A DNA stretch of 64,000 nucleotides from Cyanidioschyzon merolae (lineage: Eukaryota). Under the pieces are notes generated by a model, which did not search any database, was not told where the DNA came from, and saw only the letters and a list, made by a program, of their open reading frames with translations. Numbering within the stretch: the first letter of the stretch is position 1; each line of letters starts with the position of its first letter. Location: the NCBI GenBank assembly GCA_000091205.1, contig AP006484.2; one strand, 5' to 3'. The translations under genes and the position numbers were made by a program. Positions 10,380-20,159 of the stretch are shown one piece after another.

Positions 10380-11900
10380 TTTCTTTCTTTCTGTACGAAT
10401 GAACACACACTAGGGTCAGTATGGAACGAAATGGTGCCACGACCATAGAGCGCATATATAAACTCACTTGCAGACGCCTCCAAAACTTTTTTGACTGGCC
10501 CTCTGGACTCGGGTTCAGCTTCTCCATTTACATCTCGAGCATGACACAATGCCTCTTAAAGTTGGATCTCGTCAGCTCCGTGGGTCTCGTGTTCAGCATC
10601 AAACTTTGTCTGATATTGATGGCGGCGTTAAAGTCTCGGTTCACGAACTCTACACGTTTATGGTAGCTTCTTGAACTCACCTTTGCTGAGATTCATCGAA
10701 CTCGCGCCCTCTGAGCCACTACAGTCTCGCTATCGCCACGTCGCGCAAACACTTTCTCTCGCCTATCTCTCATCGTTATAATCTTCTTGCTCTTTTTCGC
10801 TTGATTGTCAGCGAGAAGAGGACTTTTTCAGTTTTTGTCGGAGCTGGCGACTCCGGGTGCCCAAAACCCTCGACGTCCATGTTCATAACTTTCTCCTCGC
10901 TTTTTTATTTCCGGAAGCGAACGTACTTCTCTATGCCCTTGGGCGACGACCTTCCCAGAGCGAGAAGGACTTTCGCAAGAATGACGACATGTGCCCCGGT
11001 GTGTCGAAGTGTGCTGAACGCTTCAGCGATTCGCACAGTGGAGCGCTCATTACGTTTTACAATTTGGAACGCTTCTTCGATGGGCTCGAAAATTACACCG
11101 TTTGGAAGAATGGAAAGTAACTTTATCGAGATAGACTCGGCAAAAGCCCAAACGCAAGCAGAACGGTGGGAATGCCATGTTGTCCAATAGAAGAGCATCG
11201 CCAGACGTCAGCGGCAAAAGTCTTTAATGATTCGACGAAGTGGTTGGCGCTGTTGTACGTGCCTTCTCTACCATCGAAACTGAAGCCGCCAGACGAATCC
11301 GCTGCGCCTAGAACAGATGATTTCGTCGTTCTCTTCCCGTTGGTTCGTACATAGAATGATCTTCCCCACCGCGAATACCCATGTACGATCCGACCTTTTC
11401 GTGCGAAGGATGTCTCGTCACCTGAAAAAATGAACCGATGCCCCTGTGCTTCATATCGAAAGTGACGCTCCAGGAACGCTGTCGTTGCGATTTCGGTGGA
11501 AGATGTCCGTGAATGAAATAGAAATCTTTTTTGCGACTGTATCCAAGTATTTTCAGGACCACAACAACAAGCTGTTTAGAGGCAGAGACACCTGTTGTGG
11601 CTATTACCGTCGCTTTCGCTCTCCGTAAGGTGCTCAAAGGGTCGTTCTGTGCAATTGACCACGAACCGTCTTTGAGAATATCGGTTTTTGCAACGGAGCG
11701 CATATACTTGTTTCTTTCAGTGCTCCGCAACCGTCTGAGTTCTATGGTATCATTGACCTGAAGGAGGCATGCAGTCTTCATGCACTGTCCAGTAAAGAGC
11801 ATACATCTAACAGGCAATTCGTTTACGATCTATACGGTACATCGCAAAGTAATTTCTTCCTCGTGCTGCACCCGGCAGCGCAAGTGGAACAGAATTGAAT
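10380..11900 (+). repeat. Long copy of dispersed repeat family R, about 1.5 kb, ending roughly 240 bp upstream of the J-domain gene
   Basis: Aligns along its whole length, at roughly 75-85% identity by eye, with the reverse complement of 25600-27080. Examples: 'gacgacatgtgccccggtgtgtcgaagtgtgctgaacgcttcagcgattcg' against 'gacgacatgtgccccagtgtgtcgccgtgtgcgaaacgcttcagcgattcg'; 'aatgattcgacgaagtggttggcgctgt' against 'aatcattcgacaaagtggttggtactgt'; 'gctccaggaacgctgtcgttgcgatttcggtggaagat' against 'ttccagaaacgctgtcgttgcgatatctgtagaagat'. Weaker similarity extends to about 10250. Confidence 0.75.
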
Positions 11901-12142
11901 TCGAAAGACACCATGCACGTACACACCTGAGCGAACTGACACCGAAGCGCGGCGTGTTGCTATCAAACTCGTGAGACTCGGGCGCGTTTCTGCTTTAGCG
12001 GCGGTCTCTTGACGGTGCTTTGGCAGCGCGGACGCAACTGAGGGAGTCTGGTTCGACTTACTGGTGTTTCTGCAGTCGAGAAACGCCAACGAAATCTGGT
12101 TCGGCGTAAAGCGCTGCGCGCTGTGTTTTTATGATGTCCTGA

Positions 12143-12694
12143 ATGCAGGCGTTAGACCGGCGAGTTCAAGTGTCTGAGGAGACGGCTAGTGATGTCGGTG
12201 CGGATGCGGCGGACGAAGAAGAGGCAGTTGTAGGAGGCACGGACTATTTCAGTCTTCTAGGACTCCACTTCGATCCGAGTGCGCCGCCCAGCGCCCAGCA
12301 AGTCGCACAAGCTTACCGCCAGGCAGCCAAGCGCTATCACCCAGACCGAAATCCGGCTAGCCCAGCAACAGCTAAACGACACTTTGAACGTATCTATCGC
12401 GCCTACGAGACCTTGAGAAACGCGGAAACACGAAACGCGTATATAAGTTGGCTTCTGCGGCAGCGGTCTGGAGCCGATTTTTCGTACAGGGTTGCTCCAG
12501 AGCGGCGAAGAACGTACCTCAGCATGCGCAGTCGACGGCGTCTTCAGTTTCGCCGCGAGCTCGAAGCACGCGAACAGCGAACAAGTGCGTGCTACCGAAA
12601 TCGAAAGCAAGAAAAGAACGTAGAATCTCTAGGGCCTTTATCGACAAACCGTCAGAGCGCCTCCTCTCGTGATGCTCCGGCCACAGAGTCATGA
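12143..12694 (+). CDS. J-domain (DnaJ/Hsp40 family) protein of 183 aa
   Basis: The N-terminal J domain 'DYFSLLGL...AYRQAAKRYHPDRNP...RIYRAYETLRNAETRNAY' includes the HPD tripeptide. The C-terminal half is basic and low-complexity. Confidence 0.7.
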   Translation: MQALDRRVQVSEETASDVGADAADEEEAVVGGTDYFSLLGLHFDPSAPPSAQQVAQAYRQAAKRYHPDRNPASPATAKRHFERIYRAYETLRNAETRNAYISWLLRQRSGADFSYRVAPERRRTYLSMRSRRRLQFRRELEAREQRTSACYRNRKQEKNVESLGPLSTNRQSASSRDAPATES

Positions 12695-14081
12695 GAGATG
12701 CAACTGAGCCGAGCATTGCCACCAGAGCATGGATGTTGAACGGGCGCCTTTACGGTTTGTAACCATTTCACCGAGTCAAGATAGTCACCGAGTAGAAGCC
12801 GTGGCAGCGCTATCCATCCTGATGCGACGCCACGATGAAAAGCCCGTGTCCGCCACCTCGTCCGTGAGTTGCTGCGGGTTACCACCGGCGCGGTAGTGCA
12901 AGCGATATACCGCGTTGCGTTCGTGCGAACAGTGCTGTCTCTACGCGGCATAGGATTGTTTCCGGACATCACGGTACCCTGGAGTTCCAGAGGTCGAGCG
13001 ACTTGCGGACCCCTGGTGCGCGCTACGTGTCGTCGCCGCGGAGAGCCCGTTGCAAGTTGCGTCGTCCCGAGCCTGTGATAAGCAAAAGCGGCCAGATCAA
13101 CGTGAGTATCAGCTTTGAAGAAGAGTCGAAGGTTGTGCGCTCAAAACCTCGATAGAAGCGATATGCAAAATAGAGGTAAAGAACCGCTACCAACCAGTTG
13201 GGAACCAGTGGAATCAGGCCTGCGAGGTGCATTGAGGCACCTTTGCTATGGAGCCCCGAAGCGCTTGGCGCCATGCCTGCCTCTTCTGCCGCACCTGACG
13301 AGACCAGGCATAGTTTGATAGGTGCTGGCTTTGTGCGCAGGGCCCGTGCGCGTCGCAAGTTCAGGTGAGGTTCGCGTGCTCCGGCCCTGGTGGCAGCAAA
13401 CGAAACTGAGTGACCAGTCCGACCAGCCAGAGGTACAAGTCCCCAACGGGCTGTGGCGGCAAGCTCAACGAACATGCCGACAGAACCAGAGATTCACTAT
13501 ATGCGATATTCGCTATTTGGTGGGACGTGTCCTAGCACACACCAAGTTCGTAGCGCTTACGGTGCGCGCTGAGCGCGCTCGACACTTTTGAGAACAGCGC
13601 TCGAAAGCGTGCACCGAGATCCACGGCGCTAGGTGTACAGACGGCCATCTTCTGCCCGTGTCCAGCGAGGGGCGATTCTGAAGCAGGCACCCCGCACCCC
13701 AGTGTGCACATCCTGCATGCGATGGTAAAATCGAACGTGCAGCGGATGCGCGCGTACGGCCATCACTGGCGCGTCTGAGCAGTGTTCCCCTAAGAGCGCC
13801 GTCTATAGGATTCCACGGACTTGTGAGTGTGCTCTAGCGGCAACTTGGGGCTACTCACACCGGCAACTCGAGAAGGCAGCGTCGACGCTTAGAGGCAGGC
13901 GCTGTGATCAGAGGGCGGTGTGTGGTGACTCGGGACTTTTTTCATCGTCTGGCACCAGTAGGCGGTACCTGCGTTGGTGCTCGGAGCACCAGGGTGTCAC
14001 AGCGTGCCTGTTTGACACTGATCAGCGCTCGGGCACGGGAAGCAACGCAACAACGGCCAAGGTGCTGTCGAAACTGGAGCC

Positions 14082-14804
14082 ATGCCGACGTCGCAGTCGT
14101 CGAGTGTGGCAGCGCTCGGGGGCACGCAGGGATTTGCCCGGAAAGAGCCTGCGACTGGCTCCCAAAGCGCAGTGCAGCGTGTTGTCGAGGCAGTTGCCGA
14201 GCGTGTGGAGGCTATCCTGGACGGGGAGCTTCGGGAGCAGGAGCGCGGCGCCTCTTTCGGCGCTTCTGCGACGACGACCGAGACGGACCCCGAGCTCGAA
14301 GCGCTGCGCGAGCGTCGTCTGGAGGCGCTGAAGCGAGCAGCGGCTGCGCGCTCGCGATGGTGCGCGCTCGGGCATGGTAGGCTGCATGAACTTGATGACG
14401 AGGAGGCGCTCCTCGAGGCCTGCCGATCCTCAGAGCGCGTTGTTGGCGTGTTTTGGCGTTTGCGAACAGCGCCCGAAACCCAGCCGCTGCAGGATGCGCT
14501 TGCACACGCGTTGCGTTCCCTGGCACAGCAGCATCTGGAGACGCGCTTTTGGGTCGCTGAGGCGGAACGGTTTCCGTCCATGTGCGAGCGGCTCGGCGTC
14601 CAGGTCCTACCATCGATTCTGCTGATCCGGAACCAACAGGTCGTGCGCACCTTTGCCGGTCTGGGCGAGTGGGTCATTGCGGGCCGCGCTGGAGTGCGCT
14701 TTTCATCGGAGCGCCTTGCGAAAACGCTTCGGCGGCACCGGATCACCGGCGTGAGCCTGCACCCTGATGCCGAGTCCCGCGACGCACCATCGGATTCGGA
14801 TTGA
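14082..14804 (+). CDS. Thioredoxin-fold protein of the TXNDC9 / phosducin-like protein 3 (PLP1) family
   Basis: An N-terminal acidic coiled region is followed by 'GHGRLHELDDEEALLEA...ERVVGVFWRL...ETRFWVAEAERFPSMCERLGVQVLPSILLIRNQQVVRTFAGLGEW', which matches the TXNDC9/PhLP3 thioredoxin-like domain. The antisense ORF 13997-14908 is low-complexity and was rejected. Confidence 0.65.
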   Translation: MPTSQSSSVAALGGTQGFARKEPATGSQSAVQRVVEAVAERVEAILDGELREQERGASFGASATTTETDPELEALRERRLEALKRAAAARSRWCALGHGRLHELDDEEALLEACRSSERVVGVFWRLRTAPETQPLQDALAHALRSLAQQHLETRFWVAEAERFPSMCERLGVQVLPSILLIRNQQVVRTFAGLGEWVIAGRAGVRFSSERLAKTLRRHRITGVSLHPDAESRDAPSDSD

Positions 14805-15738
14805 GGACGAGACGTGCATGGCGGCGTCGAGCTCGAGCTGCGTACCTGTGCAGCACCTCGTGTGACTTTAATAAACATTTCTGGACGTTCGCTCACGTGT
14901 TTCGACAACGTTCATAGAGCGTGCCCGGGACCTGGGTCCCGCAGTGGTGTCCTGCATTCCGTCTCCGGGCAGATGCATCCGCCCCGTCAGATCGACGCGT
15001 ACCAGTTCCATCCTTGTCGCCATCGAGACGCCGCCAACAGGCAACAGTGATTTGGAGGACGTATTGCGCGTTTTGCGAAAATTTGGGTGCCCGCCGACAT
15101 CAGAGGCTGCTTGCGGATAATCGCTGCGAACTGGGCGGATGCGCTTTATTCGTCGCGCGGTGTCGTTGCAGGCACATCCGTGGTAGTCACGACACTGCGA
15201 ACGCGCCGTGCTGTCGCCCAGCGCATGTCGCTTTGAGGCGCTCTCGCCCAAGGTACAGAATGTGCGCGTTACCTGCACGTACACGGATCGGCCCATCCTT
15301 CGATGCAATGGACGTGATCGACGTGCCGCTATCGACGGCCGTACGCATACGTGCATCCGTACTGTCAGTAGTGCGTATGCCCCCAAGGGATGCGCCTTCG
15401 ACGCCCTACAGGTAGCTGTGACGTGCTATGGATACCGGCTATTGGGGTACGCGCTACCTCCTGTTCGCAATCGAGGCGTCGTTCGGTGAACGTCCGGCAC
15501 TCGGCAGGTCGCTGGCTCCACGAAGCTGTCGTTGTTTAAAGAAAAACCGTTCTGGAGTCGGTACAGCGTGAGCGCATCTGCGGCGGAGCACACGTCGGTG
15601 CGCTGGTATCCGGGCGTGTTCGCGCACGGTATCGGCGGTATCGGACAGGAATGATGGAACGCGTCCCGCTGAGGGCATATGTTTGCTCTGTACAATTACA
15701 TTCTAGAATGTTCATGATGTCGTGAGCGCCTGCATCGA

Positions 15739-18700
15739 TTGCCTGAAATTTTGAACGCCCGCTATCGGGGCGGAGCAGAAGCGCTGTGGCCCGCGTCCAC
15801 AGCAGCAGTGCCCTTGTGTCGCTCTCTAGGTCGTTGCGGCAGCTCTGGCTCCGGCAAGGCGGCAACCGCTCGTCGCTTTGGCTTTGATTTCTACATGTCA
15901 GGCGGCCGTGATGCGACTCCCGAGGCCAGCGACTCGGAGAAGTGGGTTTTGGGGTCGAAGCAAGCGTTAAACCGCCGTGCGGGACAGCTGGACGCAGTGG
16001 CGACGGACGCGTATGCGCAGGCACCCGACCAGGCCAGCAGCGCGACGAGCGAGACATCGGCTTCGAGTCACCTGAAGCGCCCGACACGAGAGACCCTGGA
16101 GAAGTTGCGCCTACGCGTTCAGCAGCTTCGAGGTCGTCGCCAGTCGGCGGAGCAGACGCACAGCAGTGCTTCGCGCTCGCCGTGCTCACCGACGCGAAGC
16201 GCCGAGGGCCTGATGACGCCGCCGCTACTGCGCTTGCACGTTGTGGCGGCCGTCGGCACAGGAGGCGATGCCGCAGATCACCTGATACCGGCACCAGTCG
16301 ACCCAGGGGCTACGTCGCCGCAAGCGCAGCGCACAGAGACACCTGCAGCCGTAGCGCCGCATCCACGCACCTTGAGCGCGTTGCCGAGCGCGTCTTGGAC
16401 TGCAACGTTCCGCGAGGTGTTCGGATCCTCGCCTCTGACTCTGGTTCCACCAGCGTATCGGGAATATGCGTTCGAGGCGCTGGAGACTGCGCTCGCCCGT
16501 GCCGACACCACGCACCTGCGGACACTCGCCGCGCGGCCGTCGTGTCCGAGTACTTGGCTGTCTTTCCTGCAGTCGCTGGAGCGGGCACTCCTGCCGAGCG
16601 GGATGCCACCGCGTACCCCCACCACCGACGCCAGGGCGCGTGCAGTGTTGCGCCTCCTGCAGCGGCTCTATGAACGGGCAACGCGGGCGGTGCCTGCGCG
16701 AGGCCACCGACGAAACAGCGACTATGTCGAGCTCTGGCTGGGAGCCGTCCGCTTTCAAATGGCACTCACAGAGCAGGAGGACGCCGAGGAGCTACGAGAT
16801 ACTTTTCGCTACCTGAAAGCAGAGCGCATTGGCGAGCATGACCCGCGCATCTGCGAGCTATGGGCGCGTTTCGAGCGGCGATTGGGAAACGAGCGCAAGG
16901 CGCGAAAGCTCGAAGAGGAGGCAGCTGCTCGGCGAGAGGCAGCTGAGCAGTTTATGCGCGGCACGTGCTTCTGGCTGTGCGCGTCATCGGACCCTGAAAA
17001 CGCCGTGCCCGAAGTGGTGCGCAGCGCGCACCATAGCAGCGGCCACAGCGCCGACGCGCCCGATGCCGCCTCTCTGCTGACGATCACGGCGGATGTGTTA
17101 CAGCCCGCTGCGCGGGTTGGCAAGGCACCATCTGGTGCGGGGCTCGCCACCGCGCTCGACCCAGCCGCACTGACCGGGTTCAGCACCGCGACCGGCACTG
17201 GTGCCGGCATTCCACCGCCAGATGAGGACGCCCCAGCGACAGCCATGTCTTGGCATCGCTCCGTGGAGACTGCTCCAGAGCAGCGCGCCACGCTCTCACC
17301 ACCGCACCAAGCGTCTCGCGATGAGCATCGCGCTCGCACTGCCCTCGACGCTGCAGGCGGTGCAGAGGCGGCGCTCTCATCACCGCGCATCGACCGGGAT
17401 CCGGCTGCCTCGACGACACCCCCGCCGTGGACGCGTCTCCGGCAGTCGCCACAGGCAATCGAACTCGCAGTGGATGCGGTGCCGGCCCGGCAATCCTCGA
17501 CGACCGATCGCTGGCCGATGCAGCGCGCTCAAGGCGACCCCGAAGCCAGTCAAGCGCCTCACATTATATCTCGTAATGTGCCTGCTGGTGTGCCTGATGG
17601 TACCCAGGCGGCGCCGGATGAGCGCCCGGCTGCCGCGGCATCGAACCCGATCGACAGCAAATCGCGACGATGCGCGGGAAACGATGCATCCGCAGGACAC
17701 GTGTCCATCAGAACAGGTGCGTGCGTGGCACCCGCAGCGCGAGAAGCGCACGCACCGACAGCGCAACAGCCCCGCGGGATGCAGCGCTCCGTCGACGGCC
17801 CTGTTGCCGTGCAGGGATCGGCAGTTGCTGAGGCTGCAGCGGCGCCCCGTCGACCGCTGCGACGCCTGGACGCTGGGAAGGAGAATGTGGCTCCATCTGA
17901 CGGTGGTGACGGCACGAGCCTGCTGAGCCTACCGCCAAGCCTCGCCGACACTGTGGTGCACGTTGGTGGATACCCGTACATCAAGCTAGAAATCGTCGGG
18001 CGTGGGGGATCTTCCAAGGTGTTCAAGGTGATGTGCGCGCGAACCCGGAAGATTTTCGCGCTGAAACGCATTCGCATCCGCAAGGCCGATCGCGAGACGC
18101 TCCGGAGCTACTGCAACGAGATTGCGTTGCTGCAGCGCCTCCGCGGCCGCGACAATATCATCCAGCTGATCGCTTCGGAGGTGCGCGAGCACGCTGGTCT
18201 CATTTACCTCGTCATGGAATGTGGCGAGATTGACCTCGCGAGGCTGTTACTGCGCAACGCTGGACGACCCATGCATGCGAACTTTCTGCGTCTCTACTGG
18301 CAGCAGATGCTGGAAGCGGTTCATACCATTCATGAAGAGCGCATCGTGCACTCCGACCTCAAGCCAGCCAACTTTCTTTTCGTTGAGGGTGTCCTGAAGC
18401 TCATTGACTTTGGCATCGCCAAGGCGATTCAGAACGACACCACCAACATTGTCCGCGAGAGTCAGGTGGGTACCCTGAACTACATGTCCCCTGAGGCAAT
18501 TCTGGATACCAACGAGGCAGCTTCCGCTGGCGCCAGCGGCGAGACGGCGGCGGCTCCCTCGCGGCGCCGCTACAAGCTGGGACGCCCCAGTGACATCTGG
18601 TCACTCGGCTGCATCCTGTACCAAATGGTGTACGGTCGCACGCCATTCTCACACCTGAACGTGATTCAAAAGCTCCGCTGCATCACGGACCCGACGTACG

Positions 18701-18915
18701 ACATTGCGTACCCGCCTGTGGCTGGGATCCAGGGCATAGGCTCGGAGGCATCGGCCGCAGCGCTCATGGATACGCTACGACGTTGCCTGCAGCGGGATCC
18801 CGTTCGAAGGGCCAGCATCCCCGAGTTGCTCGCGCACCCGTTTCTGAATCCGGATGTACCGTTTGTGGATGCTGCGAGTGCTCCGAGCAACCAGCCAGGC
18901 ATTCGAGAACAGTGA
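15739..18915 (+). CDS. MPS1: Mps1/TTK-family dual-specificity protein kinase of 1058 aa; the kinase domain occupies approximately the last 300 aa
   Basis: The kinase domain 'IVGRGGSSKVFKV...ALKRI...LVMECGEIDL...IVHSDLKPANFLFVEGVLKLIDFGIAKAIQNDTTNIVRESQVGTLNYMSPEAI...SDIWSLGCILYQMVYGRTPF...LQRDPVRRASIPELLAHPF' matches Mps1 signature blocks (ECGxIDL, HSDLKPANFL, LKLIDFGIA, QVGTxNYMxPEA). The N-terminal approximately 740 aa are low-complexity. Confidence 0.8.
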   Translation: MPEILNARYRGGAEALWPASTAAVPLCRSLGRCGSSGSGKAATARRFGFDFYMSGGRDATPEASDSEKWVLGSKQALNRRAGQLDAVATDAYAQAPDQASSATSETSASSHLKRPTRETLEKLRLRVQQLRGRRQSAEQTHSSASRSPCSPTRSAEGLMTPPLLRLHVVAAVGTGGDAADHLIPAPVDPGATSPQAQRTETPAAVAPHPRTLSALPSASWTATFREVFGSSPLTLVPPAYREYAFEALETALARADTTHLRTLAARPSCPSTWLSFLQSLERALLPSGMPPRTPTTDARARAVLRLLQRLYERATRAVPARGHRRNSDYVELWLGAVRFQMALTEQEDAEELRDTFRYLKAERIGEHDPRICELWARFERRLGNERKARKLEEEAAARREAAEQFMRGTCFWLCASSDPENAVPEVVRSAHHSSGHSADAPDAASLLTITADVLQPAARVGKAPSGAGLATALDPAALTGFSTATGTGAGIPPPDEDAPATAMSWHRSVETAPEQRATLSPPHQASRDEHRARTALDAAGGAEAALSSPRIDRDPAASTTPPPWTRLRQSPQAIELAVDAVPARQSSTTDRWPMQRAQGDPEASQAPHIISRNVPAGVPDGTQAAPDERPAAAASNPIDSKSRRCAGNDASAGHVSIRTGACVAPAAREAHAPTAQQPRGMQRSVDGPVAVQGSAVAEAAAAPRRPLRRLDAGKENVAPSDGGDGTSLLSLPPSLADTVVHVGGYPYIKLEIVGRGGSSKVFKVMCARTRKIFALKRIRIRKADRETLRSYCNEIALLQRLRGRDNIIQLIASEVREHAGLIYLVMECGEIDLARLLLRNAGRPMHANFLRLYWQQMLEAVHTIHEERIVHSDLKPANFLFVEGVLKLIDFGIAKAIQNDTTNIVRESQVGTLNYMSPEAILDTNEAASAGASGETAAAPSRRRYKLGRPSDIWSLGCILYQMVYGRTPFSHLNVIQKLRCITDPTYDIAYPPVAGIQGIGSEASAAALMDTLRRCLQRDPVRRASIPELLAHPFLNPDVPFVDAASAPSNQPGIREQ

Positions 18916-19055
18916 GAAACGCAGGTCCCATCGGACGCAGCCTCAACACAGCGCTTGTTCCATTGGTGATCGAAGCTTGCATCAATATGTATGGCCCATC
19001 CATCCATCCTTGGATATCGCCTCCGGCAGCTCGCAGTCCAAAGCACAAATGCTCG

Positions 19056-20039
19056 CTAGATGTGCCACTCCAGCTCCCCGCCGAGCGATTTTGGTAGGCT
19101 ATCGTTCGGAAAGTCGTGGCGGAACGTTGGCACGATCTCCGACTCTGGCACCCAGTGTATTTTCGCGCGCGTCTTATCCTCAATGAATGGTGACAATAGT
19201 CGATAAAATATATGGATATGACGACTATAGTGGATAATGTAAACTTTTCCTAGTCGCTCTGGGTAGTGGTTCTGTACAAGTCGAATCATATCAGAGTAGC
19301 ATCCTAGTTCAGCGTTATGAAAGACATCAAACCCGTGTCCGAGGTCGAAGACGACCGTAAAGCGCTCCTGACTATGCGGAAACGGCGACGAGTGTTCGTC
19401 TACGGCAGCGGCATCCGCCGCGTAACAGCAGTGCTCGAGCAGTGCTATCGTCGCTGCTCGAAAGGCATCCCGGTTCACGTCCCGCTTGCGGAACAGCACC
19501 ATTTTCCCGTAGAGTAGCCGATGGCCGTAGTTGTTGCGCGCACCAGGGACCAGCGTGAACGGGAAGCACGCAGCAGGATTCTTGATGATCTCCTCTCGCG
19601 CTATGCAGCAGACCTGCGTTCGGCTCCTCCACAGCAGCGTATCCGTGAAAAGTGCATACGCGGCATCGACACGAAAGTCACGTGCGCGTAAAAACTGAAG
19701 AAGAACACGTCGCCGATGCTCCAGTGAATGGTTCATGAACGCGAGCATCGCGTCAACGTGTCCGCAAGCTTTCGGTTTCAACTGGTCGCCGTCGGCACTC
19801 GCGTCGACGGCATCGTCTTCGGTGCGAAGGTCCTGGCTATTGTAATCCGACCGAAAACGTCTGGGAAGAACGTCTTCCGTGACGAGTTGCCGCTCGAAGG
19901 CACTGAGCGCATCTGCTTGAGCTCCAGTCAGGCAACCGGGATAGCCTGTTTGCGGGTTCAGTACTGAGTCGTAAGTTGCGTTGTCACAGTGGTAACGGCC
20001 TCTCGCAGACTCATTAGAAAAAATTCCGAAGAAATTCAT
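19056..20039 (-). CDS. Sec14-like / CRAL-TRIO lipid-transfer protein of 327 aa
   Basis: CRAL-TRIO N-terminal helix 'RRVLLQFLRARDFRVDAAYALFTDTLLWR'. The lipid-binding domain block runs from '...GHRLLYGKMVLFRKRDVNRD' through 'RFTVVFDLGHGF...YPERLGKVYII...SPFIEDKTRAKIHW'. Confidence 0.7.
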   Translation of the reverse strand: MNFFGIFSNESARGRYHCDNATYDSVLNPQTGYPGCLTGAQADALSAFERQLVTEDVLPRRFRSDYNSQDLRTEDDAVDASADGDQLKPKACGHVDAMLAFMNHSLEHRRRVLLQFLRARDFRVDAAYALFTDTLLWRSRTQVCCIAREEIIKNPAACFPFTLVPGARNNYGHRLLYGKMVLFRKRDVNRDAFRAATIALLEHCCYAADAAAVDEHSSPFPHSQERFTVVFDLGHGFDVFHNAELGCYSDMIRLVQNHYPERLGKVYIIHYSRHIHIFYRLLSPFIEDKTRAKIHWVPESEIVPTFRHDFPNDSLPKSLGGELEWHI

Positions 20040-20159
20040 CGATACTACTGCAATACCGGTCCTCGTAAGGGCTTTCGGTGAGACCTCGTTGACTGGAGCG
20101 CCCTACCCAGCATGCCACACGTTCAAGAGCATCGCTAACCTGCGTGTCCCAAATATCGG

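Noticed and set aside
10801-11190. A conserved ORF shared by the two long R copies (10801-11190 on the plus strand and 26177-26563 on the minus strand, sharing 'TTCAPVCR.V.NASAIR' and 'IDSAKA')
   Set aside because: Amino-acid identity across the aligned frame is only about 50%. That is about what neutral divergence at roughly 80% nucleotide identity predicts, and there is no excess of synonymous changes visible by eye.
10380-11900. R copies as LTRs of an LTR retrotransposon around the 547-aa ORF
   Set aside because: The two flanking R pieces are very unequal in length, about 300 bp against about 1.5 kb. No TG...CA termini, primer-binding site or polypurine tract are evident. The internal ORF shows no gag, protease, RT or integrase motifs and lies on the opposite strand.
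13997-14908. A 303-aa minus-strand ORF, together with several other 100-250-aa ORFs such as 15536-16294, 16225-16758 and 5515-5961, lying antisense to recognised genes
   Set aside because: Each is Arg/Ser/Ala/Pro-rich low-complexity and lies antisense to a protein with clear homology. Long antisense ORFs are expected by chance in GC-rich, stop-codon-poor DNA.
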